Below are positions 12,201 through 29,864 of a stretch of DNA of 64,000 nt, piece after piece; position 1 is the stretch's first letter; each line of letters opens with the position of its first letter. The DNA comes from Macrostomum lignano. Its lineage: Eukaryota. The notes below the pieces were generated by a model that ran no database searches, was not told where the DNA came from, and saw nothing but the letters and a program-made list of their open reading frames with translations. The stretch covers positions 186,001 through 250,000 of the forward strand of contig NIVC01002291.1 of the NCBI GenBank assembly GCA_002269645.1. Reading direction: 5' to 3'. A program made the position numbers and the translations under genes.

Positions 12201-15200
12201 AAGATTTATGTGAGTTGTAAATCTAATTGTCTGATAGCAGGTAAGAATTCTGTGAGATGTAAATCTAATTGTCTGATAGCAGGTGAGATTTATGTGAGTT
12301 GTAAATCTAATTGTCTGATAGCAGGTGAGATTTATGTGAGTTGTAAATCCAATTGTCTGATAACTGGTAAGAATTCTGTGAGATGTAAATCTAATTGTCT
12401 GATAGCAGGTAAGATTTATGTGAGTTATAAATCTAATTGTCTGATAGCAGGTGAGATTTATGTGAGTTGTAAATCCAATTGTCTGATAACTGGTAAGAAT
12501 TCTGTGAGATGTAAATCTAATTGTCTGATAGCAGGTGAGATTTATGTGAGTTGTAAATCCAATTGTCTGATAACTGGTGAGATTTATGTGAGTTGTAAAT
12601 CCAATTGTCTGATAACTGGTGAGATTTATGTGAGTTGTAAATCTAATTGTCTGATAACTGGTGAGATTTATGTGAGTTGTAAATCTAATTGTCTGATAAC
12701 TGGTGAGATTTATGTGAGTTGTAAATCTAATTGTCTGATAGCAGGTGAGATTTATGTGAGTTGTAAATCCAATTGTCTGATAGCAGGTGAGATTTATGTG
12801 AGTTGTAAATCCAATTGTCTGATAGCAGGTGAGATTTATGTGAGTTGTAAATCTAATTGTCTGATAGTAGGTGAGAGGTTTATGTGAGTTGTAAATCCAA
12901 TTGTCTGATAGTAGGTGAGAGGTTTATGTGAGTTGTAAATCTAATTGTCTGATAGCAGGTGAGATTTATGTGAGTTGTAAATCCAATTGTCTGATAGCAG
13001 GTGAGATTTATGTGAGTTGTAAATCCAATTGTCTGATAACTGGTGAGATTTATGTGAGTTGTAAATCTAATTGTCTGATAGTAGGTGAGATTTATGTGAG
13101 TTGTAAATCCAATTGTCTGATAGCAGGTGAGATTTATGTGAGTTGTAAATCCAATTGTCTGATAACTGGTGAGATTTATGTGAGTTGTAAATCCAATTGT
13201 CTGATAACTGGTGAGATTTATGTGAGTTGTAAATCCAATTGTCTGATAGCAGGTGAGATTTATGTGAGTTGTAAATCTAATTGTCTGATAACTGGTGAGA
13301 TTTATGTGAGTTGTAAATCCAATTGTCTGATAACTGGTGAGATTTATGTGAGTTGTAAATCCAATTGTCTGATAGTAGGTGAGAGGTTTATGTGAGTTGT
13401 AAATCCAATTGTCTGATAGCAGGTGAGATTTATGTGAGTTGTAAATCCAATTGTCTGATAGCAGGTGAGATTTATGTGAGTTGTAAATCTAATTGTCTGA
13501 TAGTAGGTGAGAGGTTTATGTGAGTTGTAAATCCAATTGTCTGATAGCAGGTGAGATTTATGTGAGTTGTAAATCCAATTGTCTGATAACTGGTGAGATT
13601 TATGTGAGTTGTAAATCTAATTGTCTGATAACTGGTGAGATTTATGTGAGTTGTAAATCCAATTGTCTGATAGCAGGTGAGATTTATGTGAGTTGTAAAT
13701 CTAATTGTCTGATAACTGGTGAGATTTATGTGAGTTGTAAATCCAATTGTCTGATAGCAGGTGAGATTTATGTGAGTTGTAAATCCAATTGTCTGATAAC
13801 TGGTGAGATTTATGTGAGTTGTAAATCCAATTGTCTGATAACTGGTGAGATTTATGTGAGTTGTAAATCCAATTGTCTGATAGCAGGTGAGATTTATGTG
13901 AGTTGTAAATCCAATTGTCTGATAACTGGTGAGATTTATGTGAGTTGTAAATCTAATTGTCTGATAACTGGTGAGATTTATGTGAGTTGTAAATCCAATT
14001 GTCTGATAACTGGTGAGATTTATGTGAGTTGTAAATCCAATTGTCTGATAGCAGGTGAGATTTATGTGAGTTGTAAATCCAATTGTCTGATAACTGGTGA
14101 GATTTATGTGAGTTGTAAATCTAATTGTCTGATAACTGGTAAGAATTCTGCATTCTCAATCAACTCGCAGGTGGCCATCATCAGCCAGAATCCCCGCGTC
14201 ACCGCCATCAATTCGTGCATCGAGATTGACCTCACCGGCCAGGTAGTCAGCGACTCGATCGGACCCCGCATCTACTCGGGCGTGGGCGGCCAGATCGACT
14301 TCATGCGCGGCGCCGCTTTGTCCAGCGACGGCCTCGGCGTGCCGATCATCGCGCTGCAGTCTTCGACTAAGAAGGGCGGCAGCAAGATTGTGCCGTTCAT
14401 TCGGGAGGGTCAGTGCGGGTCCCTGCTGTCCTCAGATCCTTCAGTGCGAGACCCTGCTGTCCTCAGATCCTTCAGTGCGAGACCCTGCTGTCCTCAGATC
14501 CTTCAGTGCGGGTCCCTGCTGTCCTCAGATCCTTCAGTGCGGGTCATTGCAGTCCTCAGATCCTTCAGTGCGGGTCATTGCAGTCCTCAGATCCTTCAGT
14601 GCGGGTCCCTGCAGTCCTCAGATCCTTCAGTGCGGGTCATTGCAGTCCTCAGATCCTTCAGTGCGGGTCCCTGCTGTCCTCAGATCCTTCAGTGCGGGTC
14701 ATTGCAGTCCTCAGATCCTTCAGTGCGGGTCATTGCAGTCCTCAGATCCTTCAGTGCGGGTCCCTGCAGTCCTCAGATCCTTCAGTGCGGGTCATTGCAG
14801 TCCTCAGATCCTTCAGTGCGGGTCATTGCAGTCCTCAGATCCTTCAGTGCGGGTCATTGCTGTCCTCAGATCCTTCAGTGCGGGTCATTGCAGTCCTCAG
14901 ATCCTTCAGTGCGGGTCATTGCAGTCCTCAGATCCTTCAGTGCGGGTCATTGCAGTCCTCAGATCCTTCAGTGCGGGTCATTGCAGTCCTCAGATCCTTC
15001 AGTGCGGGTCATTGCAGTCCTCAGATCCTTCAGTGCGGGTCCCTGCAGTCCTCAGATCCTTCAGTGCGGGTCATTGCAGTCCTCAGATCCTTCAGTGCGG
15101 GTCCCTGCAGTCCTCAGATCCTTCAGTGCGGGTCATTGCAGTCCTCAGATCCTTCAGTGCGGGTCATTGCTGTCCTCAGATCCTTCAGTGCGGGTCATTG

Positions 15201-15646
15201 CAGTCCTCAGATCCTTCAGTGCGGGTCATTGCAGTCCTCATATCCTTCAGTGCGGGTCATTGCAGTCCTCAGATCCTTCAGTGCGGGTCATTGCAGTCCT
15301 CAGATCCTTCAGTGCGGGTCATTGCAGTCCTCAGATCTTTCAGTGCGGGTCCCTGCTGTCCTCAGATCCTTCAGTGCGGGTCCCTGCTGCCATCCAATCC
15401 AACACAGAGGAGCCTAACCATCCGTACTGAACACCATTCTTCCCCTCCATTGCCGCAGGCGCCGGTGTCGTGACAACCCGAGCGCATGTTCACTACGTGG
15501 TCACCGAGCACGGCATCGCGCACCTGTGGGGCAAGAACCTGCGCCAGCGAGCCCACCACCTCATCAACATTGCCCACCCTGATCATCGCGAGTCGCTGGA
15601 GAAGGCCGCCTTCAAGCGCTTGCGTTGCATGCCATCGGCTGATTAA
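9214..15646 (+). CDS. Acetyl-CoA hydrolase/transferase family (4-hydroxybutyrate CoA-transferase / acetate:succinate CoA-transferase-like), predicted mitochondrial; 4 exons
   Basis: Exons 9214-9777, 11203-11631, 14171-14408, 15459-15646, all GT-AG and in frame. Motifs HGGAATP, GRGDFTPIFLSEIP, LQTGIGSIPDAV, HTEMFSDG, INSCIEIDLTGQV, SGVGGQIDF, GAGVVTTRAHVHYVVTEHGIA. The N-terminus MLLRVLPSTLSRCLRPVSRS is Arg/Ser/Leu-rich with no acidic residues (presequence-like). Confidence 0.93.
10154..10639. repeat. 23-bp minisatellite (GAGGTCCTGGCTCAGCGGTTATT)n, ~21 copies, CoA-transferase intron 1
   Basis: Direct periodicity. Confidence 0.97.
11688..14150. repeat. Compound minisatellite: 40-bp unit (~10 copies, to ~12089) then a related 42-bp unit (GTGAGTTGTAAATCCAATTGTCTGATAGCAGGTGAGATTTAT, ~49 copies), CoA-transferase intron 2
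   Basis: Direct periodicity; fills nearly all of intron 11632-14170. Confidence 0.97.
14409..15388. repeat. 31-bp minisatellite (CAGTGCGGGTCATTGCAGTCCTCAGATCCTT)n, ~31 copies, CoA-transferase intron 3
   Basis: Array starts at the donor itself (gagg|GTCAGTGCGGG). Confidence 0.97.
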
Positions 15647-16137
15647 TAACTCGCTGATATTCTCAAACGCAAAATGAATCTACAAATTGTCATATATATC
15701 CTACTATTAGTAAAGTAGTGCGATTCCGACTAATAACAAAAAAGGCATTTATTTTGTATGATCTATAATACTCGTAAGACAACAGATGTCTTTTATTTCA
15801 ACTTGTCTTTTTAATGTTTTTCTTCAACTTTTCATTGTTTTGCTTTTGTGAAACAGCTAATTCGAAATAAATGATCCTATGCCTTTAGGTATGATTTTTC
15901 TCTTATTTACTTTTTAAGAGAGCATGAAAGCAGGTTGTCTGCAGTTTCGTCAAGATCAACCTATGGATTAACGGATAAGTTCGTATAACTATCGTGTAAT
16001 GCGTCAGGAATGTACTTTTACGTCTTCAAGAACGGAGCCACGCTTAGAGCTTCTGTTTCAAGTAGTCACTAAGGAGTTTAATCATCAGAAACAAATATTT
16101 TTATTCCGCATTTTCAGCTTCCTATTATAAACCACCG

Positions 16138-21355
<5,218 letters not shown>

Positions 21356-21621
21356 AGAGTCTGACCAACGTCTCAGTTAGTCTCATCCATGTTCTCCGGC
21401 AGGCATTGTGACAGGCATTTTCCTAAACCCCAGTCAAACTCGTCGATAATATAGTTTAATAACTCATCAGTAAAATGAATATTGCATATTTGTTCCCACT
21501 TATGGCAAACTGATTGGCCCGCCATTTGACACGCCATATTTTGTACAAAACAGGTGGCTGGTGCAAGGATTTTAAATATCCTTTTGCTAATTGGCGTTCA
21601 AAGTGTGAAATATTTATGGTA

Positions 21622-21876
21622 CAGGGGGGTCGACAAACTTTTTACCTCCGGCCAGATAGAGAACCCGGGCCAAAGTAGGGGAGATAGGAGAGGGAATAGA
21701 AAAGAGAAATATAAAAAAGGAAAGGCGAGAGAATAAAGGAAGAGAGAAGAGAAAGGTAAGAGAAGACAGCTGACAAGAGGCACAAACATTGAGCGAGCCG
21801 GATTGCTATTGCGAAGTTTCAAAGGACCCGAGGGCTGGATTGAGAGGCTTTGCGGGTCGGAGTTTGCTGACCCCTG
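21622..21876. mobile_element. hAT (Charlie-like) MITE
   Basis: Imperfect TIRs CAGGGGGGTCGACAAAC / GTTTGCTGACCCCTG; flanking 8-mers TTATGGTA and CTATCGTA (6/8 match) look like an aged 8-bp TSD; no coding capacity. Confidence 0.7.
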
Positions 21877-21931
21877 CTATCGTAGAACTTTATTAGTACC
21901 TTAGATAATCACGCTTGTCTATTACCACGTC

Positions 21932-22380
21932 GCTCCAGAAAAATCACCCCCAAATTACTCCAGAAAAATCGCCCCAAACCACCCAGGAAAATCACACCTG
22001 ACCATTTTAAAAAATCGCTTTAAACCACTCCAGAAAAATCGCCCCAAACCACTCCAGAAAAATCACCCCAAACCACTCAAGAAAAATCACCCCAAACCAC
22101 TCAAGAAAAATCACCCCAAACCACTCCAGAAAAATCACCCCAAACCACTCCAGAAAAATCGCCCCAAACCACTCCAGAAAAATCACCCCAAACCACTCCA
22201 GAAACATCACCCCAAACCATCCAGAAAAATTGCCCCAAACCACTCCAGAAACATCACCCCAAACCATCCAGAAAAATTGCCCCAAACCACTCCAGAAACA
22301 TCACCCCAAACCACTCCAGAAAAATTGCCCCAAACCACTCCAGAAAAATCGCCCCGAACCACTCCAGAAAAATCGCCCAA
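21932..22380. repeat. 24-bp minisatellite (CCACTCCAGAAAAATCACCCCAAA)n, ~18 copies
   Basis: Direct periodicity. Confidence 0.93.
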
Positions 22381-22889
22381 AACTGTACACTTTCTCAAAC
22401 TTTTTGTACAATTCATTCAAGGCCTTTAGGAACTCTTGCCTTGGGTTTATTATAAAACTCAATTTCCATACATTCAGCTTTAATCTTGCCGCAAATTGCC
22501 TCAATAATCTCATATTTACGAGTATTTGTTTCATTCGGTATTTTTAAATTCTTTAAGTTTGTTTGCTCTCTGACCCTGAAATCCCACTCAATCTACAACT
22601 ACTCTGAATCACGTGATTTTCCGTTTGTTTTTCGGTCTCGTAGTTTTGCTTACAGAAGAAGAAGACAAAGACCTGTGCTTTTAAAACTCCAGACTTCTAG
22701 ATTGTAAGTCAATGCTGATCAGATAGAAGCTCAATTATTTTACTGTTTTATTGAACGTCATAATTCAGCTTTTATTAGTATTAGAGACTGTGCTTTTTAA
22801 GTTTTTTTGATTTTCCTTTAATACCTAAACTAACTTCGATGCAAGCAGTCTGCAGAAACCGCTGCCTTATATTCCTTTTGGCTCGTGCA

Positions 22890-23578
22890 CATTCCCCACC
22901 CACCCCAATGTACACTCTATCCTGTATATTCCCCACCAACCCCAATTTACACTCTATCCTGTCCAATCACCACCCACCCCAATGTACAATCCTGTGTATC
23001 CCCACCCACCCCAATGTACACACTATCCTGTCTATCCCCACGCGCCTCAATGTACTCACTATCCTATCCATTCCCCCTGCACCCACCCCAATGTACACAC
23101 AAACCTGTCCATTCTTCACCCACCCCAATGTACATACTATCCTGTCCATTCCCTACTCACCCCACTGTACACACTATCCTGTCCATTCCCCACTCACCCC
23201 ACTGTACACACTATCCTGTCCATCCCCACCCACCCCACTGTACACACTATCCTGTCCATTCCCCACTCACCCCACTGTACACAATATCCTGTCCATTCCC
23301 CACTCACCCCACTGTACACACTATCCTGTCCATTCCCCACTAACCCCACTGTACACACTATCCTGTCCATTCCCCACTCACCCTACTGTACACACTATCC
23401 TGTCCATTCCCCACTCACCCCAATGTACACAATATCCTGTTCATTCCCCACTCACCCCACTGTACACACTATCCTGTCCATCCCCACCCACCCCAATGTA
23501 CACTATCCTGTCCATTTCCCGCTCACCCCACGGTACACACTATCCTGTCCATCCCCACCCACCCCAATGTACACAACA
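22890..23578. repeat. 32-37-bp minisatellite (CCCACTGTACACACTATCCTGTCCATTCCCCACTCAC)n
   Basis: Direct periodicity with length variants. Confidence 0.93.
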
Positions 23579-24272
23579 TATGGTATACTGTCAATGGCCA
23601 TCTTTTGCAGAGTGCTTGCATCCGCTCGTATAAAATGCAATGGAGAGTGTTTTACTTTTGACAGTTGCTATATGCATATTTTGTTAGACAATGCCTTCAG
23701 CTCTCGGGCACACAAATCCCTTCTTGCTGCACTGTCCTCTAAGCGCTGAATTTATGCGTGCTTTTTGTAGCTTGAGCACAGATTGTTGTCGAAGTTTTTT
23801 AAGGACATTGTGTACTTTTTTATCCAATATTCGCAGCGTATTAACTAATATACTTCAGAGCCTTTGAAGAAATGAATTTTATCGATTTATAAATTTAGAC
23901 ATCCTCAATAAATATTGCAATATTTCCTTGATTTTAATTTTTTAGTCTGACTTCTGTAATTTACTTTGCTCATATCCTGCTCAGAGATAAATCGTTGGGT
24001 TCAAAGTACGAGTACTGCGAAAGGCGTGCATTTTTTATAATTATAGCTTTATCTCATTTAAGTCATGGCTGAATTTGGGGGCACAGCCGCGTCGAACCAT
24101 ATACGAGTATAAATGGAATGTCATTCTGGCTGCAGCTTGGACTGCGCATGGTCTTATAAAAAATCAAGCGCTAAACAATAAATGATCCGAAGCAGCAGTA
24201 CATCGCTGTGAAGAACCGTAAGTTAATTTTTCGGAAAGCTGAATCAATTAAAGTCTTATACTGAGTCTAAAA

Positions 24273-24617
24273 ATGCCGCAAATCCTGCATATTCGAACAG
24301 AAAAACCGTCTGCATTGCTACTGGCTGCGTATGATCAATCGGAGTCTGCATGTTCGAGCCGTGTGAGCAGCTGCAGCAGCGGAAACAGTTCCACAAATAG
24401 TTCTCAAACTCGACTGGCGCTGCACTCGGAGCTGTCCATGCGCTGCTGGATGCGCAACCGCTGCGAGGAGGCCCAGCTTCAGCGCCGCCTGGCTGTCCTG
24501 GAGACTCAACGCCAGCAAGCCTGGTTGCGAGCGACTCGTGAAGCCGATAATTTGATGCTCAAGGCTAGGCAGCAAACTTATCCGACTCAGAACTCATACA
24601 TGTACCAGGGCATGTAA
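24273..24617 (+). CDS. Possible small orphan protein (114 aa, predicted helical C-terminal half)
   Basis: ATG-to-TAA ORF whose GC-rich codon style (CTG/CGC/GAG) matches the real exons and stands out from AT-rich flanks; no recognisable domain. Confidence 0.35.
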   Translation: MPQILHIRTEKPSALLLAAYDQSESACSSRVSSCSSGNSSTNSSQTRLALHSELSMRCWMRNRCEEAQLQRRLAVLETQRQQAWLRATREADNLMLKARQQTYPTQNSYMYQGM

Positions 24618-27600
24618 ATTCATGAACATGTATACTATGATCTACTCCCTTATGCTGATGCTTGCATATACGTCCGTTGTTACCCAGGTGCCAAATATAA
24701 ATGCTTATTTAAAGTATGAATGCACGTAACATACACAGTTCATTCCGTTGATTAGGACTGTCGTGGAATTAAATAAACACGCGGTAAGCATTTATACATG
24801 TACTACCTTCAGTGCATGATTTTTTAACGAGCGATATCTTGCGTTACTTCAATGCTAAGGTGCATTTTAGCAATAAATAAAATAATTATTGCATACGTAT
24901 TAGTAGTTAATTAGTGTCTCGTTCGCGATACGATTCCATCTTATAAAAAGTATACCTTTAAGGGCGAAGTTAAAATCGACAGTACACAGCTGGGCCTGGC
25001 CCTTTCGATTTTTTAAACTAGAAAATGAACAAACGAATAATTTTTTTGAAATATGCGATTAAAGGAGGGTTTAACTGCTTTTTCTTCGGTATATGTATGC
25101 ATGTACAGCTTGGTAACTTAACTTATTACTTCCATGCATTGCAGTAAGTTAGTAGCTTTCATCAGAAGCTAATACAACTGGATTACAAGTAAAACTTGTC
25201 TTAAAACTTTATATTTTAAAGTCGTTAACTCTGAGTTGTTAACTTAATGAAAAAATATCAGATGGAAATGTACTTTAGTCAAAGACCCTGGTTTGAAACT
25301 ATACATGGGGCCGTAAAAAAGCGAACTTCACTGATGCTTTCTTTTTTATAAGTGACTAACATAAAATGTTTTAACAGACAACCTGTACAGAATGTTGCTG
25401 AATTAACGGTTTTTTAATATTATATTGTTTAACGCTTTCTGTTTTAGAACGCATTTACTGATCTAATTTCAAACTATGCGAAGTTAAAATTTTAATACTT
25501 GGCCTTAAGACCGATCGTGTAATTATTTTTGCAATAATAATTAACTCATGTTAATAATTATCTTATGTTTATTCCTAGCAAAGTTTTATGATGACCTACT
25601 TTATTCTTAGCTGAAAGCTACTACAAAAAACCGGATATATTGATAATATAAAATATCCCTAACCTAAGTAGACCCTAAGCCTAAGCCTTAGGCTAAGGCA
25701 ATGTCCTATTTTCCTTTCCTGTGTTAAATTAACTATTTTCACACTAATTTGACACAATGTCATGATTCATGCATGGCCATGACCAAATAAACTTATGTTA
25801 AGGCTGCAGTCCTAGCCTAAGTATAATTTTTGGCTTGGCCTGGAGCTGGAGGCAAGAACAGCAATATGTTTTTGGCAATCAATAGGTCTTTCGTCTTTGC
25901 ACTCTTAGAAGTAAGCAAATCTTAAAATGGTTAGGGCATAGTTTAGCTAAATAACTAAATTCAATCAAATGAAAAATAATTTCATGAACAAAACTATAAT
26001 AGTCTAATGCCCAGCTATTAAATCAAGTTTATTGCTAATAAATTATTTAATTAAATAGTTAACACCCCTACTTGGACTAGGTTTTTAAAACTGTTTTTTG
26101 TGTACAGAGTGTATATCCTAATATGCACCCTAAATTAAAAAATTATACCTTGAAATTGAAAATTAGATACAATTTAGGTGTGGTCTCATAACTTATTTTT
26201 ACTTTGAAGCCTCATTTGCATTGCCTTAAAATAAGAAAAAAGAAATTACACTTTGAGCCTTAAAATTGCACATTGAAATTGAGCATAGGGTGTAATTTCA
26301 TACCTTGCCTGTGGCAAAAAATTAAAAATAGAGGTGGCCTTTACTATTAAATAATAAATTTATTTATTAGCAAACAAATTGATAGCAAATAAAAGTTATA
26401 CCCTATGCCATAGGCTATGGCTATGGCCTATATAATTCTATATTTCTAAGTTTTAATTATTATTTTAACTTCCATAAGGCTTCAATTAAATAATAATAAG
26501 TTGACTATTTATTAGAGTTTATTACAAGCAAATTAAATATTATACTAATTAAACAAGTTAAGCAATGCTACTTAAACATAAGAACTAGCAATATTGTATA
26601 TGCAGTGTGCACTAGTAGAGATTAAATCAAAGGTAAACTATTAGGCTGTCAAGCACAAATAGAATTTAAGGATTAAGGGTAAGCCAAGTAAAGAAAAAAG
26701 AGAGAGGGAACAAAAGGAAAGAAAAAAAATTGAGCAATGCCAAAGAACAAAATATAAATAAAAGTTGGGGAGCAGGAGGTAGATAAAGAGGAATAGGCGC
26801 TGGGGACAAGGCCTGGATACCAAAGGCCAAAACACAGAGATGGGAAAATGTTGCAAAAAACACAGTGGAAACAAAAAAATAAACCAGATAGTGGGTGCAC
26901 AAACCAGGGAAAAAAGCAGGGAGGCCAGGCCCAAGAACTAGGAAGATGACAAAATTTCATCATAGGGAGCACCTCATGATGGACAGATAAGGCCAACCCA
27001 TGTAACAATAAAAAGAGGGGAAGGTCACACGGTGGTCCATAAAATAATAAACGAAATTTGAAAACAGTAAATTTAATCATTTTGTGATAGCCCCTATTAC
27101 CACACTATCTTATCTATCTTTTATCTAATTTCCTATAATTAGACAGTATAGGCGTAACTTATAACTTTAATAAAATGAAATCTAAGGACAATCCCAAATC
27201 AATGGTATCCTACTTTATACTGTCTATGCTTAAAAGTTTGATTCAGAATTCTACTTCTATGTCAGAAAATTTATAAGTAGTATGAAGATGCCTGCATCTT
27301 TTTGTAACTAGTGAACAAATTAGCTTATTTTTAGATGTAGGCCTTCATACTACTTGTGAATTTTCCTGCATAGAAGTAGAATGCTAAATCAAATTTTATT
27401 ATTGTCATATAATGCTTAATAGTATGGTCATAGTAATGAGTTATTATCTAGTTATTCTTATAGAAGTAAATTATTTTTTTGCCAATGGTATAATAATGCT
27501 GCTATCTTATGAGATTGTCTAAAAGTGCAGAATAGCTTTATATATATTGCATCTGAATCTTGTCTATAAGGGTCAGCCACCAAGGAATAGATTGTATATG

Positions 27601-27814
27601 CATGCTTGACATTGAGAAATTCACCTTGCTAACTTATGTATTACTATGTATTTATGTGTTAAATTTATATTATATGCAGAAAATTTTTTAGTCAAATGAA
27701 TTCAAACTTGTTGAATTTCAGACATGCCTTGAAAATCTATAAGCAAAAGTATAATTAGCATAGTCTCATACTTTTTGGACACCCCACATCATACATGCGC
27801 AACCTTGAGAATCA

Positions 27815-27925
27815 CCCGGCTGTTTCTATTGGCAACGCATACATGTAAGTCGCTATTGGCTGAGAGCAGTCACGTGACTACTATTCCGTCTAATAGCGAC
27901 TTACATGTTTTTGTTGCCAATTAGA
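27815..27925 (+). promoter_or_regulatory. Candidate core promoter upstream of the U1A-like gene
   Basis: Two reverse CCAAT boxes (ATTGG at 27828 and 27855), palindromic E-box GTCACGTGAC (27869-27878) and a CCAAT at ~27917, all within ~200 bp of the CDS. Confidence 0.45.
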
Positions 27926-28009
27926 AATGGCCGAGTGAATCCTAAGGTTGCGCCCAAGCATGCCCCACATGATAAGTCTAAGCCTATTGTTTCACAAAAT
28001 TTTCAGGCA

Positions 28010-28714
28010 ATGGAAGCCCCACCAATCAACAACACTGTGTACATTCGCAATCTCAATGAGAAGATTAAACGAGACGAATTAAAAAAGTCCCTATACGCCA
28101 TATTCTCTCAGTTTGGCCAAATCCTCGACATCATCACTTCGCGTACGATGAAGATGAAGGGCCAGGCTTTTGTGGTGTTCAACGATCAGGCCTCAGCGGC
28201 CAATGCCGTCCGGTCAATGCAGGGCTTCCCATTCTTTGAGAAGTCAATGATGCTGGCATTCGCTCGGACAGACTCGGACGTCATTGCCAAACGCAAGGGT
28301 ACGTTTGTTGAACGGCCGAAACGGCTGGCCACCGCCACCGTTGCAGCCTCCGGCAAGGACAGCCGGAAGAAGAGAAAAGCCGCCGCTGGCAAAGGCGGCC
28401 TGGCCGCGGCCGCAGCCGCTTTAAAGTCGGAATCGTCGGCCCAGCAGCCAATTGATCCCAGCAGCATTCCGGAGCAGCCGCCCAACCAGATCCTGTTCCT
28501 GACTAACCTGCCGGCCAGTTCTAATCACGCCATGCTGACTGTGCTGTTCACCCAGTTCGCCGGGTTCAAGGAGGTCCGCATGGTGCCCGGCCGCACCGAC
28601 ATCGCATTTGTCGAATTCAACACCGAGGTTGAGAGCACGCACGCCAAGAACTCTTTGAACGGATTCTGCATCGAGCCGGAGTACCCCATGAGAATCACAT
28701 TCGCTAAGAAGTAG
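28010..28714 (+). CDS. SNRPA: U1A/U2B''/SNF-family two-RRM snRNP protein, U1A-like; intronless CDS
   Basis: NTVYIRNLNEKIKRDELKKSLYAIFSQFGQILDIITSRTMKMKGQAF...RSMQGFPF, and RRM2 PPNQILFLTNLP...FKEVRMVPGRTDIAFVEF...MRITFAKK. Likely start is ATG 28010 just after acceptor TTTTCAG (28006); the ORF-track start at 27905 is probably an upstream extension. Confidence 0.93.
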   Translation: MEAPPINNTVYIRNLNEKIKRDELKKSLYAIFSQFGQILDIITSRTMKMKGQAFVVFNDQASAANAVRSMQGFPFFEKSMMLAFARTDSDVIAKRKGTFVERPKRLATATVAASGKDSRKKRKAAAGKGGLAAAAAALKSESSAQQPIDPSSIPEQPPNQILFLTNLPASSNHAMLTVLFTQFAGFKEVRMVPGRTDIAFVEFNTEVESTHAKNSLNGFCIEPEYPMRITFAKK

Positions 28715-29101
28715 ATCCGCTTAAGTCGGGGGTTCGAATCCGGCGTGGTGTGTTTTTAGCGTTTCAATAATGATTGAATTGAAATATTCGAAAAAATTGT
28801 CATGCTTTTCAATTGTAAATCATATGATTGTGTCGACTTTTTTTAAATTGCGCTTAGTAAATATATAAAAGCATATGCTTATTGTGTTCAAAATAATGTA
28901 ACTGACTTATTGTTATTGTCTTTGCTGCGTAAGTTTGTTGTTAATTAAAATAAACTGCTTTGATTGTGCAGTTTTTGCTATGCTTAATAAGTTGCATGCA
29001 GTCTGTGGGTGTGCACTTTTCTGCTTTTTATATATTCTTTGTAATAAAATACTAGGTTTATGTTTCGTTAGACTTAGGTATGAATAGGGTGTTTGTTGAG
29101 G

Positions 29102-29495
29102 ATTGATAATCCACTAGCTCTCTCGGATAATCCACTAGCTCTCTCGTATAATCCACTAGCTCTCTCGGATAATCCACTAGCTCTCTCGGATAATCCACTA
29201 GCTCTCTCGGATAATCCACTAGCTCTCTCGGATAATCCACTAGCTCTCTCGGATAATCCACTAGCTCTCTCGGATAATCCACTAGCTCTCTCGGATAATC
29301 CACTAGCTCTCTCGGATAATCCACTAGCTCTTTCGGACAATCCTCTAGCTCTCTCGGATAATCCAGATAATCCACTAGCTCTCTCGCGGAAAAACCATAG
29401 GCTCTCCTGGATAATCCATTAGCTCTCTCCTGGATAATCCATTAGATCCTGGATAATCCATTAGCTCTCTTACGGATAATCCATTAGCTCTATCG
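29102..29495. repeat. 21-bp minisatellite (GGATAATCCACTAGCTCTCTC)n, ~18 copies
   Basis: Direct periodicity. Confidence 0.95.
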
Positions 29496-29864
29496 GATAA
29501 TCCATTTACAATAAGAGGGTCAGAACCATAGGCATTATTTTGTTGTTTAAAATAAGTATTTTGAGATTTAATAAAAATTTATGCTCAATACTTCACGCCT
29601 AAGAGTCAATTAAGTCTCCTTAAACTACAGAAACTGCACTCTGATCCTCGTGTTTTGCTATACGAGTTTGGCATACAGAAAGTGCCAAAGAGCTGCCAAT
29701 AATAAGCTGCTCAAATTGAAATTAGTCTGAATTAAAGAACAGAAACTTCATTCGACTAATGCCATGCAAGCTGCTTGGAAATTTTTAGCGAAAGCTCGCT
29801 TTTACAAAAGATTATGGCTTCCCCCTGACAATTTATGTTGCTGCGCCGCTAGAGGACAGTCGCA

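Noticed and set aside
25660-25700. CCTAAG repeats and a small palindrome, resembling Helentron/DINE-like ends
   Set aside because: No second terminus or other copy in the window.
27905-28009. 35-aa N-terminal extension of the U1A-like ORF
   Set aside because: No similarity to the family; it overlaps promoter motifs, and a strong acceptor sits just before the conserved Met at 28010.
28715-28990. U1A autoregulatory PIE element (paired AUUGCAC loops) in the 3' UTR, and a tRNA B-box-like GGTTCGAATCC at ~28736
   Set aside because: Only mismatched heptamers (ATTGCGC, ATTGTAA) with no evident stems; the B-box has no T-stem or cloverleaf.
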